NCBI GenBank assembly: GCA_963735035.1
Contig: CAVTJJ010000005.1
Location: 1-64,000 of the forward strand
Direction: 5' to 3'
Origin: an uncultured candidate division Zixibacteria bacterium
GTDB taxonomy: Bacteria > Zixibacteria > MSB-5A5 > GN15 > FEB-12
Length of the DNA stretch: 64,000 nt
How positions within the stretch are numbered: position 1 is the first letter of the stretch; each line of letters begins with the position of its first letter. A program made the translations under genes and the position numbers. Of this stretch, positions 1-12,603 are shown in pieces. The notes beneath the pieces were generated by a model. The model worked only from the letters and a program-made list of their open reading frames with translations, did no database searches and was not told the DNA's origin.

Positions 1-12
1 AGACTCACGCCG

Positions 13-420
13 ATGCGCTCGACCACCGTCGCCGCTGCTCTCCTCGCGATCGCTTTCGGCCTGCTCACCGCGGGCTGCCTCGACGGCACCGAGACGACCG
101 CGACGCCGGACACCGTCGTCGGCACCGTGCCGACGTCGACGACGTCCGCCGCTGACCTGCCGGCGCTCAAGCTCAAGGGTGACGCAACGGCCGGGAAGGC
201 CGTCTTCGCGAGCGCCGGATGCGGCGGCTGCCACACCCTCGCCGCGGCCGGGTCGACGGGCAAGGTGGGCCCGAACCTCGACCAGGCAAAGCCGGACACT
301 GCGCGGGTCGTGTTGCGCGTCACGAAGGGCATGAACGCGATGCCGCCGTTCGGCGACGAAGCGAGCGCCCAGCAGATCGCGGATGTCGCCGCGTACGTGA
401 CCCAGTCAACCGGCGGCTGA
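13..420 (+). CDS. Lipoprotein c-type cytochrome (single heme)
   Basis: Lipobox-like LTAGC after a hydrophobic signal; CGGCH heme motif; GPNLD and MPPF motifs of class I cytochrome c. Confidence 0.85.
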   Translation: MRSTTVAAALLAIAFGLLTAGCLDGTETTATPDTVVGTVPTSTTSAADLPALKLKGDATAGKAVFASAGCGGCHTLAAAGSTGKVGPNLDQAKPDTARVVLRVTKGMNAMPPFGDEASAQQIADVAAYVTQSTGG

Positions 421-1240
421 CACTCCCACCCTCCTTTCCGCCCGACGTCCAGGCCTTTGCCTGTGACCTCGACCGCACGCTCGTCGGTCGCGACGGCGTG
501 CTGCACCCACGCACACGAGCAGCGATCACGCGATCGCAGGAGGCCGGCATCCCCGTAATCGTTGCGACGGGCAGGATGTTCCGGTCGGTGCGGCCGTACC
601 TCGAGGATGCGGGGATCGGCGAGCCGGTCGTCTGCTACCAGGGCGCCGCCGTCGCCGACCCGGCGAGCGGCGAATTCCTGCTCCACGAGCCGATCGAGCT
701 CGAGACGGCTCGCGAGGCCGTTGCGCTGCTGGCAGAGCTCGGCCATTCGCCGAACTGCTACGTCGACGACCGGCTCTACGTCGAACAACACACCGAGTAC
801 TCGCGGATGTACGCGGAGTTCCAGCACATCCCGGTAGAACCGGTCGGACCCTCGCCGCCTGGCTCGAGCAGCGCCGCCGACCAAGCTCGTCGCCGTCGCC
901 GACCCCGAGGACGTGCCCGGGCTCCGGGAGGCCCTCGTCGCCTCCTTCCACGATCAGTTCTTCCTGACGACGTCCCTCCCCTACCTCCTCGAGGTCGGAA
1001 ACCCGGCCGTCTCGAAGGGCACGGGCATCGCGTTCGTCGCCGAGCTGCTCGGCATCTCCACCGATCGCGTCGTCTCCTTCGGGGACGGTGAGAACGACAT
1101 CGAGCTGATCGCCCACGCGGGGTTCAGCACGCCCATGAGGACGCCAATCCACTCCTCCTCGAGCGCGCGGACTGGGTGTGCCCGAGCGCCGACGTGGAAG
1201 GCGTCGCCACCGTGATCGAGGCCTACCTAGAATCACGTGC

Positions 1241-1244
<4 letters not shown>
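417..1244 (+). CDS. Cof-type HAD-IIB hydrolase, reading frame broken near 850 and 1140 (start approximate)
   Basis: DLDRTL, ATGR, SKGTG and FGDGENDIEL motifs spread over three frames; final frame ends at TGA 1242-1244 overlapping the serS ATG. Confidence 0.8.
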
Positions 1245-3295
<2,051 letters not shown>

Positions 3296-3378
3296 CCCGT
3301 TTGTCCCAAGGAGTTGAGATTGGCAGGCCGGGAGAGGGCGGTCTAATTGTTCGGTCAGAACAGGTTCGCCAAAAAAAG

Positions 3379-3406
3379 TTGACAAGGCTCGGATCCGATG
3401 TATATT
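3379..3406 (+). promoter_or_regulatory. Sigma70-type promoter for the tRNA pair
   Basis: TTGACA-16 nt-TATATT about 40 nt upstream of tRNA-Gly. Confidence 0.55.
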
Positions 3407-3447
3407 GATGGCGCCCGAGTAATCGGGTGCCGTATATTGTCTGAAAG

Positions 3448-3523
<76 letters not shown>

Positions 3524-3532
3524 ATTCATTTG

Positions 3533-3604
<72 letters not shown>

Positions 3605-3735
3605 CTTAATTGCACTTCCAAAATATCACCAAGTCAGTCGTAATTTCTGGGGCCGTTCTTGCAGAGTCTGCTCCGACTAGTGTTTCCGGATTAGCTTCAG
3701 CCGTCTAAAGATAGTCAAATTTGTCCAGAAATGGC

Positions 3736-3764
3736 TTGACACCCACACAGTCCGCTTCTATCAT
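3736..3764 (+). promoter_or_regulatory. Sigma70-type promoter
   Basis: TTGACA-17 nt-TATCAT upstream of the 3930 gene. Confidence 0.55.
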
Positions 3765-3929
3765 TTAATCGAGAATCACGCATCTCGTTCTGTTATAGTC
3801 TTTCACGCATTGAAGTTCCTGCACTGATCGTCAAAGATCGCAATCAAGTATTTGGTAGAGCGTCTCAATAAGACGCCCATACAAACCTACTTAACCGTGT
3901 CTCTTGGTCCGAGAGACAGGAGCGACTCT

Positions 3930-6740
3930 ATGTCAAGAACTCTGTTCGCACTCGCTCTGGGGATGGCACTGGTGTTAGCCGGCGTGCCCGCATTGGCTGA
4001 TTGGTCTCCCCAGGATGGTCACAAGATGCATTTCCCCCAGTTACCTGACGAGCAGGGCTGGGATGTCAATGCCGGCAACCCGGTAGTCCTGGCCGACGAC
4101 TGGCGCTGCTCAGAATCGGGAGCGGTAACAAAGGTCCATTTCTGGGGCTCATGGCGTGACGTCAACGGAGACGGCAATGGGGACGTCGGCACGATTACGG
4201 CATTCCTGGTTCGTTTCTGGTCGGATGTTCCCGACCCGGATGGCGCCGGGCCATTGTACAGTCACCCCGGCTCGATGCTTTGGCAGGGCGAATTCAGCTC
4301 GTTCGCGGTAGTCCCGATCGACCCGCCGACTCTCGAAGCCTGGTTTGATCCCTCGAAAGATCCTGACGTGGTCGTACCTAATGACCATCATGAGTACTTT
4401 CAATACAATCTCGATTTGATGCAGACCCCGCAGATGCCTTTCATCCAGACAGCAGGGCAGATATACTGGATGAGTGTGACGGCCATTGTCCAGCCCGGCG
4501 GGCTGCCGTATGAGTGGGGCTGGAAGTCGACCATCGATCACTTCAACGATGACGCCGTTTGGGCGATGGACGGCCTGTTCAATTGGACGGACATTTACGA
4601 ACCGCCCCGAGTGAACGAATTCAACGTTACCTTAAACCCGGACGGAACGTTCGGCGGCGGTGGTGGCACCAACGCCTATGGACAGGGGTGGTACCAATAC
4701 CCGCAGTCCGGGTGGTGGAATATCTGGTTTTACGATAACCCGTTCACCTACGAACACACCAAAGTTGGAATGGTTCAGGGAATGATCATGCCGGTTGACC
4801 CCGGACAGCCGTCGCTGGTAACGGTGGCGATAAACTGGTCTACGGACGCCTGGTCGTTGCAGCAGCCGCCACCGTCGGGCCCGCCCTTGCCGGGCATTGA
4901 CGAGAGCCTGTATATCGGGCGTCAGATCATCTACTCGGGACCGGTCCCGCTGACGGGGATTGAGATTTACGAGCCGATTCAGCTCGCATACAACCCCGAG
5001 TGGATCTCAATTGATGTGATGGGCAATAATTTCGTGCTCGGCAATGGTAATATCTCGCACGAATGCTACCGCACCTCGCTCGACCTTGCCTTCGTGATTC
5101 AGGGCAATCCGCCGACGGGCTCGTGCTGTTTTCCGGATGGCACCTGTCTCGTTATGACCCAGGTCGCTTGCCTGGCGACTACGGGGAATCAGTACGCCGG
5201 GGACGGAACGACCTGCCTGGGCGACAACAACGGCAACGGAGTGGACGATGCCTGCGAACAGTTTGTCCCGACCGGGGCATGCTGTTTTGACAATGGCACA
5301 TGCCTGGTTCGCACCCAGTCTGCTTGCGCTGCGGCCGGCGGCACATATTCTACCGACGGTTCGGTTTGCCAGGGAGATGCCAATCAAAACGGCGTTGATG
5401 ACGCCTGTGAGGGTACGGTTCAGATGGGCGCCTGTTGCTACGGTGATCCGACCAATCCGAGCTGTGTGACAACGACCTCAACCGTATGCGGGCAGCAATA
5501 CAACGGTACCTGGTACAGCGGGCAGAATTGCGCTACCTATACTTGTCCGGTCTCGCCGGAGCCGATCAAGTGGGAGCAGCCACCCGACCTTAGCCCCAAC
5601 GGTGTAGATGTCAAAGCGACTTCGCCCTTACTTCTGGCGGACGATTTCCTCTGTGTGACAAAGGGACCGATTGTCAAGGTTGACGTATACGCGTCGTGGT
5701 ATCACGACGTTCTGCCGGGTGCCAACCCTCTTAGTGTCAACTTCACCCTCAGCCTCCACACTGACATACCGGATCCGGACGGCGCTGGCCCGGGGTACAG
5801 TATGCCTGGACCGCCGCTCTGCATTCGCCACTTTATGCCGGGCGAATTCACTGCGGTGCCGGTGAACATGGTTGAGATTCCGGAAGGGTATTATGATCCG
5901 TCGCTGCCGTATTTCGAGACCCCGGCCGACTTCACCTGTTGGAAATACACGTTCCAGATTATGGATCCATGCTGGGTTCAGAGCGGGACGGAACAACAGC
6001 CGGTGGTGTACTGGCTCGATGTTCAGGCCCAACCGTTGACGCAGGACGCGACCTTTGGCTGGAAGTCGTCGCGGAATCATTGGAACGACGATGCCGTTTG
6101 GACACAGGGCCCTGAGCCGTCACAGGGGCCGTGGGGCGAGTTGCGTTATCCGCAGCCGCATCCGATGTCACCGCAGTCTATTGACCTTGCTTTCGCCGTG
6201 TACACCGTCAAGGATACTTGTGCGAGTCAGTACCCGGGTGACTTCGACAATAGCGGTACGATCACTATTAGCGATCTGAGCGCTCTCATCGCATTTGTCC
6301 AGGGCGTCGGCGGCCCGCCGTCGGTTCACGCCAACGGCGACTTTAACGGCGATTGCCGCATCAACGAGTACGACATAACTGATCTGACCAACTACCTGGC
6401 CAGCGGTTCACCGTTGCCGGTGGATTGCACTTGCCAGGAGCCGTATCCGCTCAGGAGTTGCTGTATCGGCAAGATCGGCAATGCCAATTGCTCTCCCGAC
6501 AGTGAGTCCCCGACTATCGGCGACATCAGTGTGATGATCGACGCCAAGTTTATCACCGGATCCTGTATAGAATCGGGACCGGGGGCCAACATCCGCTGTA
6601 TTGCTGAGGCGGACGCCAACCTATCCGGCGGCGCCAGTCCGACCTGTGTAGATATCACGATCGGCGACATTTCGATGCTGATCGATTGTTTGTTCATCAC
6701 CGGTGAGCCGCCTTTTGTTCGCAATGACTGTGCCCAATAG
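3930..6740 (+). CDS. Large secreted multidomain protein: duplicated beta-rich domain, three Cys-rich G(A/S)CC repeats, two dockerin-like C-terminal modules
   Basis: Signal peptide after a GGAG RBS; internal duplication (LADD..C...G; D.PDPDGAGP.YS.PG; GWKS...H.NDDAVW); GDFDNSG/GDFNGD and PTIGDIS..ID/DITIGDIS.LID EF-hand-like pairs. Confidence 0.75.
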   Translation: MSRTLFALALGMALVLAGVPALADWSPQDGHKMHFPQLPDEQGWDVNAGNPVVLADDWRCSESGAVTKVHFWGSWRDVNGDGNGDVGTITAFLVRFWSDVPDPDGAGPLYSHPGSMLWQGEFSSFAVVPIDPPTLEAWFDPSKDPDVVVPNDHHEYFQYNLDLMQTPQMPFIQTAGQIYWMSVTAIVQPGGLPYEWGWKSTIDHFNDDAVWAMDGLFNWTDIYEPPRVNEFNVTLNPDGTFGGGGGTNAYGQGWYQYPQSGWWNIWFYDNPFTYEHTKVGMVQGMIMPVDPGQPSLVTVAINWSTDAWSLQQPPPSGPPLPGIDESLYIGRQIIYSGPVPLTGIEIYEPIQLAYNPEWISIDVMGNNFVLGNGNISHECYRTSLDLAFVIQGNPPTGSCCFPDGTCLVMTQVACLATTGNQYAGDGTTCLGDNNGNGVDDACEQFVPTGACCFDNGTCLVRTQSACAAAGGTYSTDGSVCQGDANQNGVDDACEGTVQMGACCYGDPTNPSCVTTTSTVCGQQYNGTWYSGQNCATYTCPVSPEPIKWEQPPDLSPNGVDVKATSPLLLADDFLCVTKGPIVKVDVYASWYHDVLPGANPLSVNFTLSLHTDIPDPDGAGPGYSMPGPPLCIRHFMPGEFTAVPVNMVEIPEGYYDPSLPYFETPADFTCWKYTFQIMDPCWVQSGTEQQPVVYWLDVQAQPLTQDATFGWKSSRNHWNDDAVWTQGPEPSQGPWGELRYPQPHPMSPQSIDLAFAVYTVKDTCASQYPGDFDNSGTITISDLSALIAFVQGVGGPPSVHANGDFNGDCRINEYDITDLTNYLASGSPLPVDCTCQEPYPLRSCCIGKIGNANCSPDSESPTIGDISVMIDAKFITGSCIESGPGANIRCIAEADANLSGGASPTCVDITIGDISMLIDCLFITGEPPFVRNDCAQ

Positions 6741-6781
6741 AGGGCCGAACTTGAGCTAAGAAGAGGCTACCGGGCCAAAGA

Positions 6782-6813
6782 AAGGCCGTCCCGCCGCAGG
6801 GTGGGACGGCCTT
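6782..6813. terminator. GC-rich hairpin, probable terminator
   Basis: AAGGCCGTCCC...GGGACGGCCTT inverted repeat downstream of the 3930 gene. Confidence 0.6.
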
Positions 6814-6961
6814 AGTGTGCGGCGGTCTGGAGAGAAGCCCGTAAAAACCTTTGACAAGCGTTGTTGCGGAGCGTATGTTCAGGATGTCGACAGGGACATA
6901 CCTGTGTGTGTTCTCACATTTCGCGTGCGGTCGTGTCATGATTCTACTCAGGAGATGAGCC

Positions 6962-7816
6962 ATGAAGGCCTTAATCGCATCTACCGTCATATCAGTGTTG
7001 GTTTTGGTTGGCAGCGTGCTGGGACAGGCATCGGTGACCATTGAAAGCATCACCAACCTTGATCACGATTCCGTCCTGACCGGTGGTTCTCACACAATTA
7101 CTTTACGCTTCGATCTTACCGGCGCTCCGGCGGGCATGAAGTATCTTACTTCCAACGGTTTCAAAATCTATTCGCCGGACGGCGCCGACTGGGGCACAGT
7201 TCAGGGCGCGGCTCTGGCGCCGTACTCCGGGATAGTCTGGGACAACCTGTTTGTTAATCATTTTCATAAGACGGGCGGAAGCGGCAATTACGGTCTGCCT
7301 CTGACAGAGGCGGGCGGCAATGCCACGGGCCGGGACACGGTAGCGGTCCTGCTCGCGGGTGTGAACGTGGAACCGGGAAGGGGCTTGCCCGCCGTTTTCA
7401 ACGATTTGGCGCTCAGCATTACGTTCAATACCAGTCGCGGGGATGCCGGTCTTCATCTTTGTTTCGATACCTGTCAACAGGCCCCCGGGGCTGCCTGGGA
7501 ATGGGCCAATTCGGACAATCTTCTCGACCCGCTCTGGAGTGGCACTCGCTGTTTCCTCATCAATTGCTGTAGCGGACGTACCGGCGATGCCAATGGCGAG
7601 GGAGGCGATGAGCCGACTGTCGGTGATGTCGTTGCTCTAATCGGTTATCTTTTCGTAGATGCCCCTCAACCAGATTGCCTGGGTGAGAGTGATGTCAACC
7701 AGTCCGGCATCACTTTGAATCCGCCGCAAGGTTGGGAAGATGTGACTATTAGTGACATTAGCTATCTGATTGACTACTTGTTTGTCAGCCATCCGACGCT
7801 CCCGACTTGTCAGTAG
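6962..7816 (+). CDS. Secreted protein with C-terminal dockerin-like domain
   Basis: Signal peptide; CC.G.TGDAN...EPTVGDV..LI.YLF and ESDVNQSG...DVTISDISYLIDYLF repeats. Confidence 0.75.
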   Translation: MKALIASTVISVLVLVGSVLGQASVTIESITNLDHDSVLTGGSHTITLRFDLTGAPAGMKYLTSNGFKIYSPDGADWGTVQGAALAPYSGIVWDNLFVNHFHKTGGSGNYGLPLTEAGGNATGRDTVAVLLAGVNVEPGRGLPAVFNDLALSITFNTSRGDAGLHLCFDTCQQAPGAAWEWANSDNLLDPLWSGTRCFLINCCSGRTGDANGEGGDEPTVGDVVALIGYLFVDAPQPDCLGESDVNQSGITLNPPQGWEDVTISDISYLIDYLFVSHPTLPTCQ

Positions 7817-7978
7817 GCGGCGTTAACCGGTATTTTGGGTTGGGTCGACCGAATTTGGCTGATTCCGGGGGGACCTTATTATTATTGAAATATGTTCTTG
7901 ATCGGGGGCTTGCTTTGCATATATTGGCCCGCGAATTTGGTTGCAAGCTGAAAGAACTTTGTCCTGGAGGATAATGCT

Positions 7979-8167
7979 ATGGCGATGTCAATAACCGACG
8001 AGTGCACGGCCTGCGGGCTGTGTCTGCCGGAATGTCCCACGGAGTCAATCAGTGAAGGTGATATTTATATCATCAACCCTGATACCTGCAACGAGTGCGA
8101 CGACCAGCCTGATGGTCCCCACTGTGTTGAAGTTTGCCCCGTGGACTGCATCGAGAAGGCCAGCTAA
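7979..8167 (+). CDS. 2[4Fe-4S] ferredoxin (YfhL-like)
   Basis: CTACGLCLPECP and CNEC...CVEVCPVDC motifs; GGAGG RBS. Confidence 0.92.
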   Translation: MAMSITDECTACGLCLPECPTESISEGDIYIINPDTCNECDDQPDGPHCVEVCPVDCIEKAS

Positions 8168-8188
8168 AATCTGCGCCTAACGAGAACG

Positions 8189-8217
8189 GGCCGCCCTGAA
8201 GAGAGGCGGCCTTTTTT
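8189..8217 (+). terminator. Rho-independent terminator
   Basis: GGCCGCC-loop-GGCGGCC followed by a T run. Confidence 0.8.
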
Positions 8218-8374
8218 CTGTCCTTATCAACTTAACGGAAAAGAGAGAGGGTGCTGCTCTGAAAAGGTAGTGGGGGCTGAATACTACCCTGCGGTTTCAG
8301 AGATACACCCTCGTGATAGTCGATCTGCACCGGGTGAGCGGTCCAGAAAATTTCGGATTTGTTTCTAATATCGG

Positions 8375-9076
8375 TCAGTACCTGACGACCTTTACCGGAA
8401 TTGTAATACGAAGTGGGGGTACATCCTGATGAAGATCGATTGTCATAGTCAGGTTGCTGACATGAGTACCGGCCTCCAGGGCGGCCCTGGGCGTTAATTC
8501 CAAATCAAGGCTCTCGCCCTTGGCGGCTTCACTCCGAACGGGCTTTATGTCTACGATGTCGCTTTCTAAGTATATGTCTTTCACCGAGATCTTGTCCAGG
8601 GCGTGATTCATTATACTGGCTGTTCGGACGTTCTGGTTAGGCAGGAAAAAGACACTTACCGGCTTCGGCTCGAGTTTCATCAGCCACTGTCCCACGTTGG
8701 CGGAATAGTAGGCCTGGACCGAGGAAACTTTGGCATCTGAAGAATGAGCCCGGATATTCTTATCGATCGGACCGTAGAAGTTGGCCGTGCTGAAGATAAT
8801 TTTCACGTCGGCAGTATCACCGGGGGCGAGGGTGGAATCGACGAACCGGACCTCGGTACAATCGCAATGACCGGAGACCGTATCGATATGGATTGTCGTG
8901 GTGCCCTCGTTGACCAGTTTGAAAGTGTGGAGGATTTTGAAATCAACCCCCACGCAGCCGAAATCGAATCGCTCTTCGGTGAACTTCAGATCGGCCGTCT
9001 TATCTCCGACGGCTGCAGCTCCGGCGCTGATACAACCGAACAAGATTATCGCCGAGATGATGACGAGAGAACTCAT
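8375..9076 (-). CDS. DUF1573/Ig-like domain exported protein
   Basis: Signal peptide; FDFG...F.L.N.G...I..V...C.CT.......LAPG pattern; start overlaps the stop of the upstream gene. Confidence 0.75.
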   Translation of the reverse strand: MSSLVIISAIILFGCISAGAAAVGDKTADLKFTEERFDFGCVGVDFKILHTFKLVNEGTTTIHIDTVSGHCDCTEVRFVDSTLAPGDTADVKIIFSTANFYGPIDKNIRAHSSDAKVSSVQAYYSANVGQWLMKLEPKPVSVFFLPNQNVRTASIMNHALDKISVKDIYLESDIVDIKPVRSEAAKGESLDLELTPRAALEAGTHVSNLTMTIDLHQDVPPLRITIPVKVVRY

Positions 9077-10065
9077 GACCTGACTTCCTCCGCGGCAGGC
9101 AGAAAACCCTGTTGCCGCATCCAACGATCGTTAAAACATTTGCTCAAATAACGGATACCCCCATCAGCAAAGATTCCTACCATCAGGGAATCGGATCCAA
9201 GACCGGCCGCAACCCGCTCCATCGCGACCGCCACCGTGCCGGATGAACCACCGGCAGAGATTCCTTCGGTACGCGCGATTTCACGGATACGCTGGAAGGA
9301 ATCGCGGTCGGAGACGGTTATGACTTCGTCGACATATTGGGGGAGCAAGGCCTTGGTGATGACGTCGGAGCCGATCCCTTCGACTTTGTAAAGTGTTCCT
9401 TCGGTGATCCGCCGCGTGCGGATATACTCGGCGAAAATGGATCCCTCGGGGTCAACCGCGATAGTCCGGATGGCGGGATTCTTTTCCTTTAGAAACTTGG
9501 CTGCACCCGAAAACGTCCCACCGGTGCCAATGCCGGCCACAAAGTGGGTAACTCGACCGTCCGTACCTTCCCAGATCTCCGGGCCGGTGCTGACGTAATG
9601 GGCTTCGATATTCACCTGATTGTCGTACTGGTCGAGGTCGAAATAGCCCTGTTCCTTAGCCAGGCGGCGGGCCATCATGTAGCACCCTTCCGGGTCGTGA
9701 TGCCCGGCTTCGGTAGGGGTGATGATAACTTCGGCTCCGTACGACTTGATGAGGTCGACCTTCTCCTGGCTGGTCTTTTCGGGCGTGACTATGACCGCCT
9801 TCAGTCCCATCAATGCGGCCACCATGCCCATGGAGACACCGGTATTGCCGGAGGTATTATCGACGATCGTGTCGCCGGGGCGAAGCCGGCCTTCCTGCAT
9901 AGCCTTGCGCACGACATGCAGCACCATCCGGTCTTTGACCGAACCGGTGGGGTTAAGAAATTCGAGTTTGACGTACGCTTTCGGGCCGTTTTCGGGAATG
10001 CCGGTTCTGAGACGCACCAGGGGGGTGTGTCCGACCAGCTCCTGAAGATTTTCATGTAGTTGCAT
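9073..10065 (-). CDS. cysK: PLP-dependent cysteine synthase / cystathionine beta-synthase family protein
   Basis: VG.TPLV, KLEFLNPTGSVKDR (PLP lysine), TSGNTG, GIGTGGT, VEGIG. Confidence 0.85.
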   Translation of the reverse strand: MQLHENLQELVGHTPLVRLRTGIPENGPKAYVKLEFLNPTGSVKDRMVLHVVRKAMQEGRLRPGDTIVDNTSGNTGVSMGMVAALMGLKAVIVTPEKTSQEKVDLIKSYGAEVIITPTEAGHHDPEGCYMMARRLAKEQGYFDLDQYDNQVNIEAHYVSTGPEIWEGTDGRVTHFVAGIGTGGTFSGAAKFLKEKNPAIRTIAVDPEGSIFAEYIRTRRITEGTLYKVEGIGSDVITKALLPQYVDEVITVSDRDSFQRIREIARTEGISAGGSSGTVAVAMERVAAGLGSDSLMVGIFADGGIRYLSKCFNDRWMRQQGFLPAAEEVRS

Positions 10066-10242
10066 ATTCATTTCTCTATTAAACGGATATTTTAGCACAA
10101 GCGGGGGGCGTTATCAAGGCAATAGTTTCTAACCCCTTCTCTTATATTGTTGACACGACCGCCTCATCCCTGATTTATATGCGGAGTGAGATTGGTGGTT
10201 CCCGATTCGGCAGAACGAAATTCCGGTTGATGCGGAGGTAGT

Positions 10243-10827
10243 ATGAAGGTTCTTCTTACGCTGGCGTTGGGTGGGCTAATGTTGTTTGGCCCGGTGGGCT
10301 GCTCCCAGAAGCAGAAAGATGCCGCCCAGATGGAGAAAGAAGTCAAAGATCTAGAGACTTCGGGCGATTCTACCTCGGTCGTTCGGGACTCGGCCACTCC
10401 CGTTGAGGCTGCCCTCGACACGGTTCGGAACGCTGCCACGGAGAGCTCAAATCCGGCTGTTGATCCTTCGGCGGTTCCGCCGGAATCTCGCCCTGCCGGT
10501 GAAGCGGCTCGCCCTTCCGCAGTACCCGAAGCTCCGACTCAGGTTCAGGCCCAACCGGAAACCCCGGCGGCCATGCCTCGGGCTCCGACCGGGGTTGGTT
10601 ACACCGTGCAGATTGCATCGTGTGAGAGCGAAGCTTTCGCCAAGCGTCTCGTAAGCCTCTATACGGAGCGCGGCTACCAGCCTTTCGTGACGACGATCAC
10701 TTACACCAATCAGGAATACTATCGCGTTCGCGTGGGACATTTCCAGAAGGCCGCCGAGGCTCGCGCTTTGAGAGACGAACTGGCTGACCGCTACTCTATA
10801 AAGCCGTGGGTGGACCGCACGGAATAG
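10243..10827 (+). CDS. SPOR-domain lipoprotein
   Basis: Lipobox PVGC, Pro/Ala-rich linker, YTVQIAS...YYRVRVG.F SPOR motif. Confidence 0.85.
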   Translation: MKVLLTLALGGLMLFGPVGCSQKQKDAAQMEKEVKDLETSGDSTSVVRDSATPVEAALDTVRNAATESSNPAVDPSAVPPESRPAGEAARPSAVPEAPTQVQAQPETPAAMPRAPTGVGYTVQIASCESEAFAKRLVSLYTERGYQPFVTTITYTNQEYYRVRVGHFQKAAEARALRDELADRYSIKPWVDRTE

Positions 10828-10866
10828 ACCCGGGCCCTGAGAGTCTTCGATAGAAGTTGGCCTTCG

Positions 10867-11034
10867 CGTCATTGCGGGCGGAGATGATCCGCCGCCAGGT
10901 GGTTTATCGTAGCGTGGCAATCTCAAATCAAAGTGGGCGGCACACGTCCCGTGTGCCCCTGAGGGGCAGACCAGGAGGTCTGCCGCCCACCAAGACGAGT
11001 TCGCCACGCCCGCTATAGCGGGCTCGCGTTGACG
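10867..11034. repeat. Paired-arm CGTC-type palindromic element enclosing a 58-bp cassette (10933-10990)
   Basis: CGTCATTGCG...GCAATCTC arm, cassette GTGGGCGGCA...TGCCGCCCAC, inverted arm GAGTTCGCCACG...CTCGCGTTGACG; related copies at 24441, 53734, 58145 and 60512. Confidence 0.85.
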
Positions 11035-11147
11035 GACTCGGGGGCCTGTCTGTCTCATTCAGGATGGGGGCGCGAAAAAATATCTTTCTCCGGCGCGCCA
11101 GAGTCGTAGTTTGACGTTTCAAACGGCTATTGAAGGACCGAAATGTA

Positions 11148-12599
11148 ATGGGCAAGAATGACAAGAAGAAACCGCAGCGAGTCAATCCGCAGCTTCTAAA
11201 GGGTTTCCGCGACTATCCCCCGGATCAACAGGCGGCCCGCGAGGCGATGATCGGCAAGGTACGCCTGGCGGTCGAACTGATGGGGTTCAGGCCGTTGCAG
11301 ACGGCTTCGGTGGAAGAGGCTGAAGTCCTGCTTGGGTCGCATTATTCTTCTGATTCCCTGACCCAACTGTTTGGTTTTCCCGGTCCCGATGAAGTCAATA
11401 TGGCGCTTCGTTACGAATTCACACTGTCTCTGGCCCGCTTTGTGGCCTCGCAGCCGGACCTGCCGCTCCCGTTCCGGCGCTACCAGTACGGCAATGTGTG
11501 GCGAGTGGATAAGCCGGGGCCGGGCCGTTACCGGGAGTTCATGCAGTTTGACATCGATATCGTGGGTACGAGCAACATGCTGGCCGACGCCGAGATCATT
11601 GCGGCCATGGTCAGCACTATGGAGCATTTGGGGGTCGAGCGATTCAAAGTTCGGTTTTCGAATCGAAAGATTCTCAACGGTCTGATTGAGTGGGCTGGGA
11701 TTCCGGCGGAGCGCGGACCCGATGTCATGCGGGTCCTGGACAAATACGAGAAGCAGGGCACCGGTGCGGTGCTGGCCGAGCTTGGACCGGGAAGGAAAGA
11801 TGAGTCCGGCGCGGACATCCCCGGGCTTCGACTGGAGAGTGGACAGATCGCCCGGGTGAAGGAGTTCCTGGATGGTGCTCTGGCATCCGAGGAAGGCCCC
11901 TTGCGGTGGATCGATGACCATTTGAGTGCTGTTACGGTGGCGCAGGAGGGGAAAGCCGACCTCCTGCAAATAGAGCGGCACCTGGCTGACATGGGGGTCA
12001 CACCCGGCCGGGCCGAAATCGATCTCACGATTGTGCGAGGTCTGGGATATTACACCGGGACAGTCTTCGAGACGACCTTGCTCGATCTCCCCGAGTTCGG
12101 CTCGATGTTCTCCGGAGGGCGGTATGATAACCTGGTGGAGCGGTTCCAGACCCTGTCGGTGCCGGGAGTGGGGTCATCGATAGGGGTCGATCGGCTGATG
12201 GCGGCTCTGATTGAACTTAAGGCGCTACGGCTGCCGCGCTCGACTTCACAAGTGATAGTGACTGTTATGGATCGAGACCGGCTGACGGATTATCTCAAGA
12301 TGTTGCGGGAATTGCGGGAGGCCGGGATCCCCTGCGAAGTGTATTCCGGGGATACCAAGAACCTTACTCGTCAGATTAAATATGCTGACAAAGTCGGTAT
12401 CCCGCTTGCGCTTATCGCGGGGTCTAACGAATTTGAGTCCGGTGTTATCCGCATCAAGAATCTGGCTGCCGGGTCCTCCAAAGCCGATGCCAGCGCTGAT
12501 CGCGAGGAATGGCTGAAGGCCGAGGGGTTCCAGGAAGACATCCCGCGCACCCAGTTGGTGTCCCGAATCAAAGCCTTGTTAGATCAAATTAATTCATAG
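11148..12599 (+). CDS. hisS: Histidyl-tRNA synthetase
   Basis: KGFRDY, LRYEFT.SLAR, GRYREFMQFDID, VRGLGYYTG, GGRYDNL motifs. Confidence 0.95.
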   Translation: MGKNDKKKPQRVNPQLLKGFRDYPPDQQAAREAMIGKVRLAVELMGFRPLQTASVEEAEVLLGSHYSSDSLTQLFGFPGPDEVNMALRYEFTLSLARFVASQPDLPLPFRRYQYGNVWRVDKPGPGRYREFMQFDIDIVGTSNMLADAEIIAAMVSTMEHLGVERFKVRFSNRKILNGLIEWAGIPAERGPDVMRVLDKYEKQGTGAVLAELGPGRKDESGADIPGLRLESGQIARVKEFLDGALASEEGPLRWIDDHLSAVTVAQEGKADLLQIERHLADMGVTPGRAEIDLTIVRGLGYYTGTVFETTLLDLPEFGSMFSGGRYDNLVERFQTLSVPGVGSSIGVDRLMAALIELKALRLPRSTSQVIVTVMDRDRLTDYLKMLRELREAGIPCEVYSGDTKNLTRQIKYADKVGIPLALIAGSNEFESGVIRIKNLAAGSSKADASADREEWLKAEGFQEDIPRTQLVSRIKALLDQINS

Positions 12600-12603
12600 G
12601 CGT

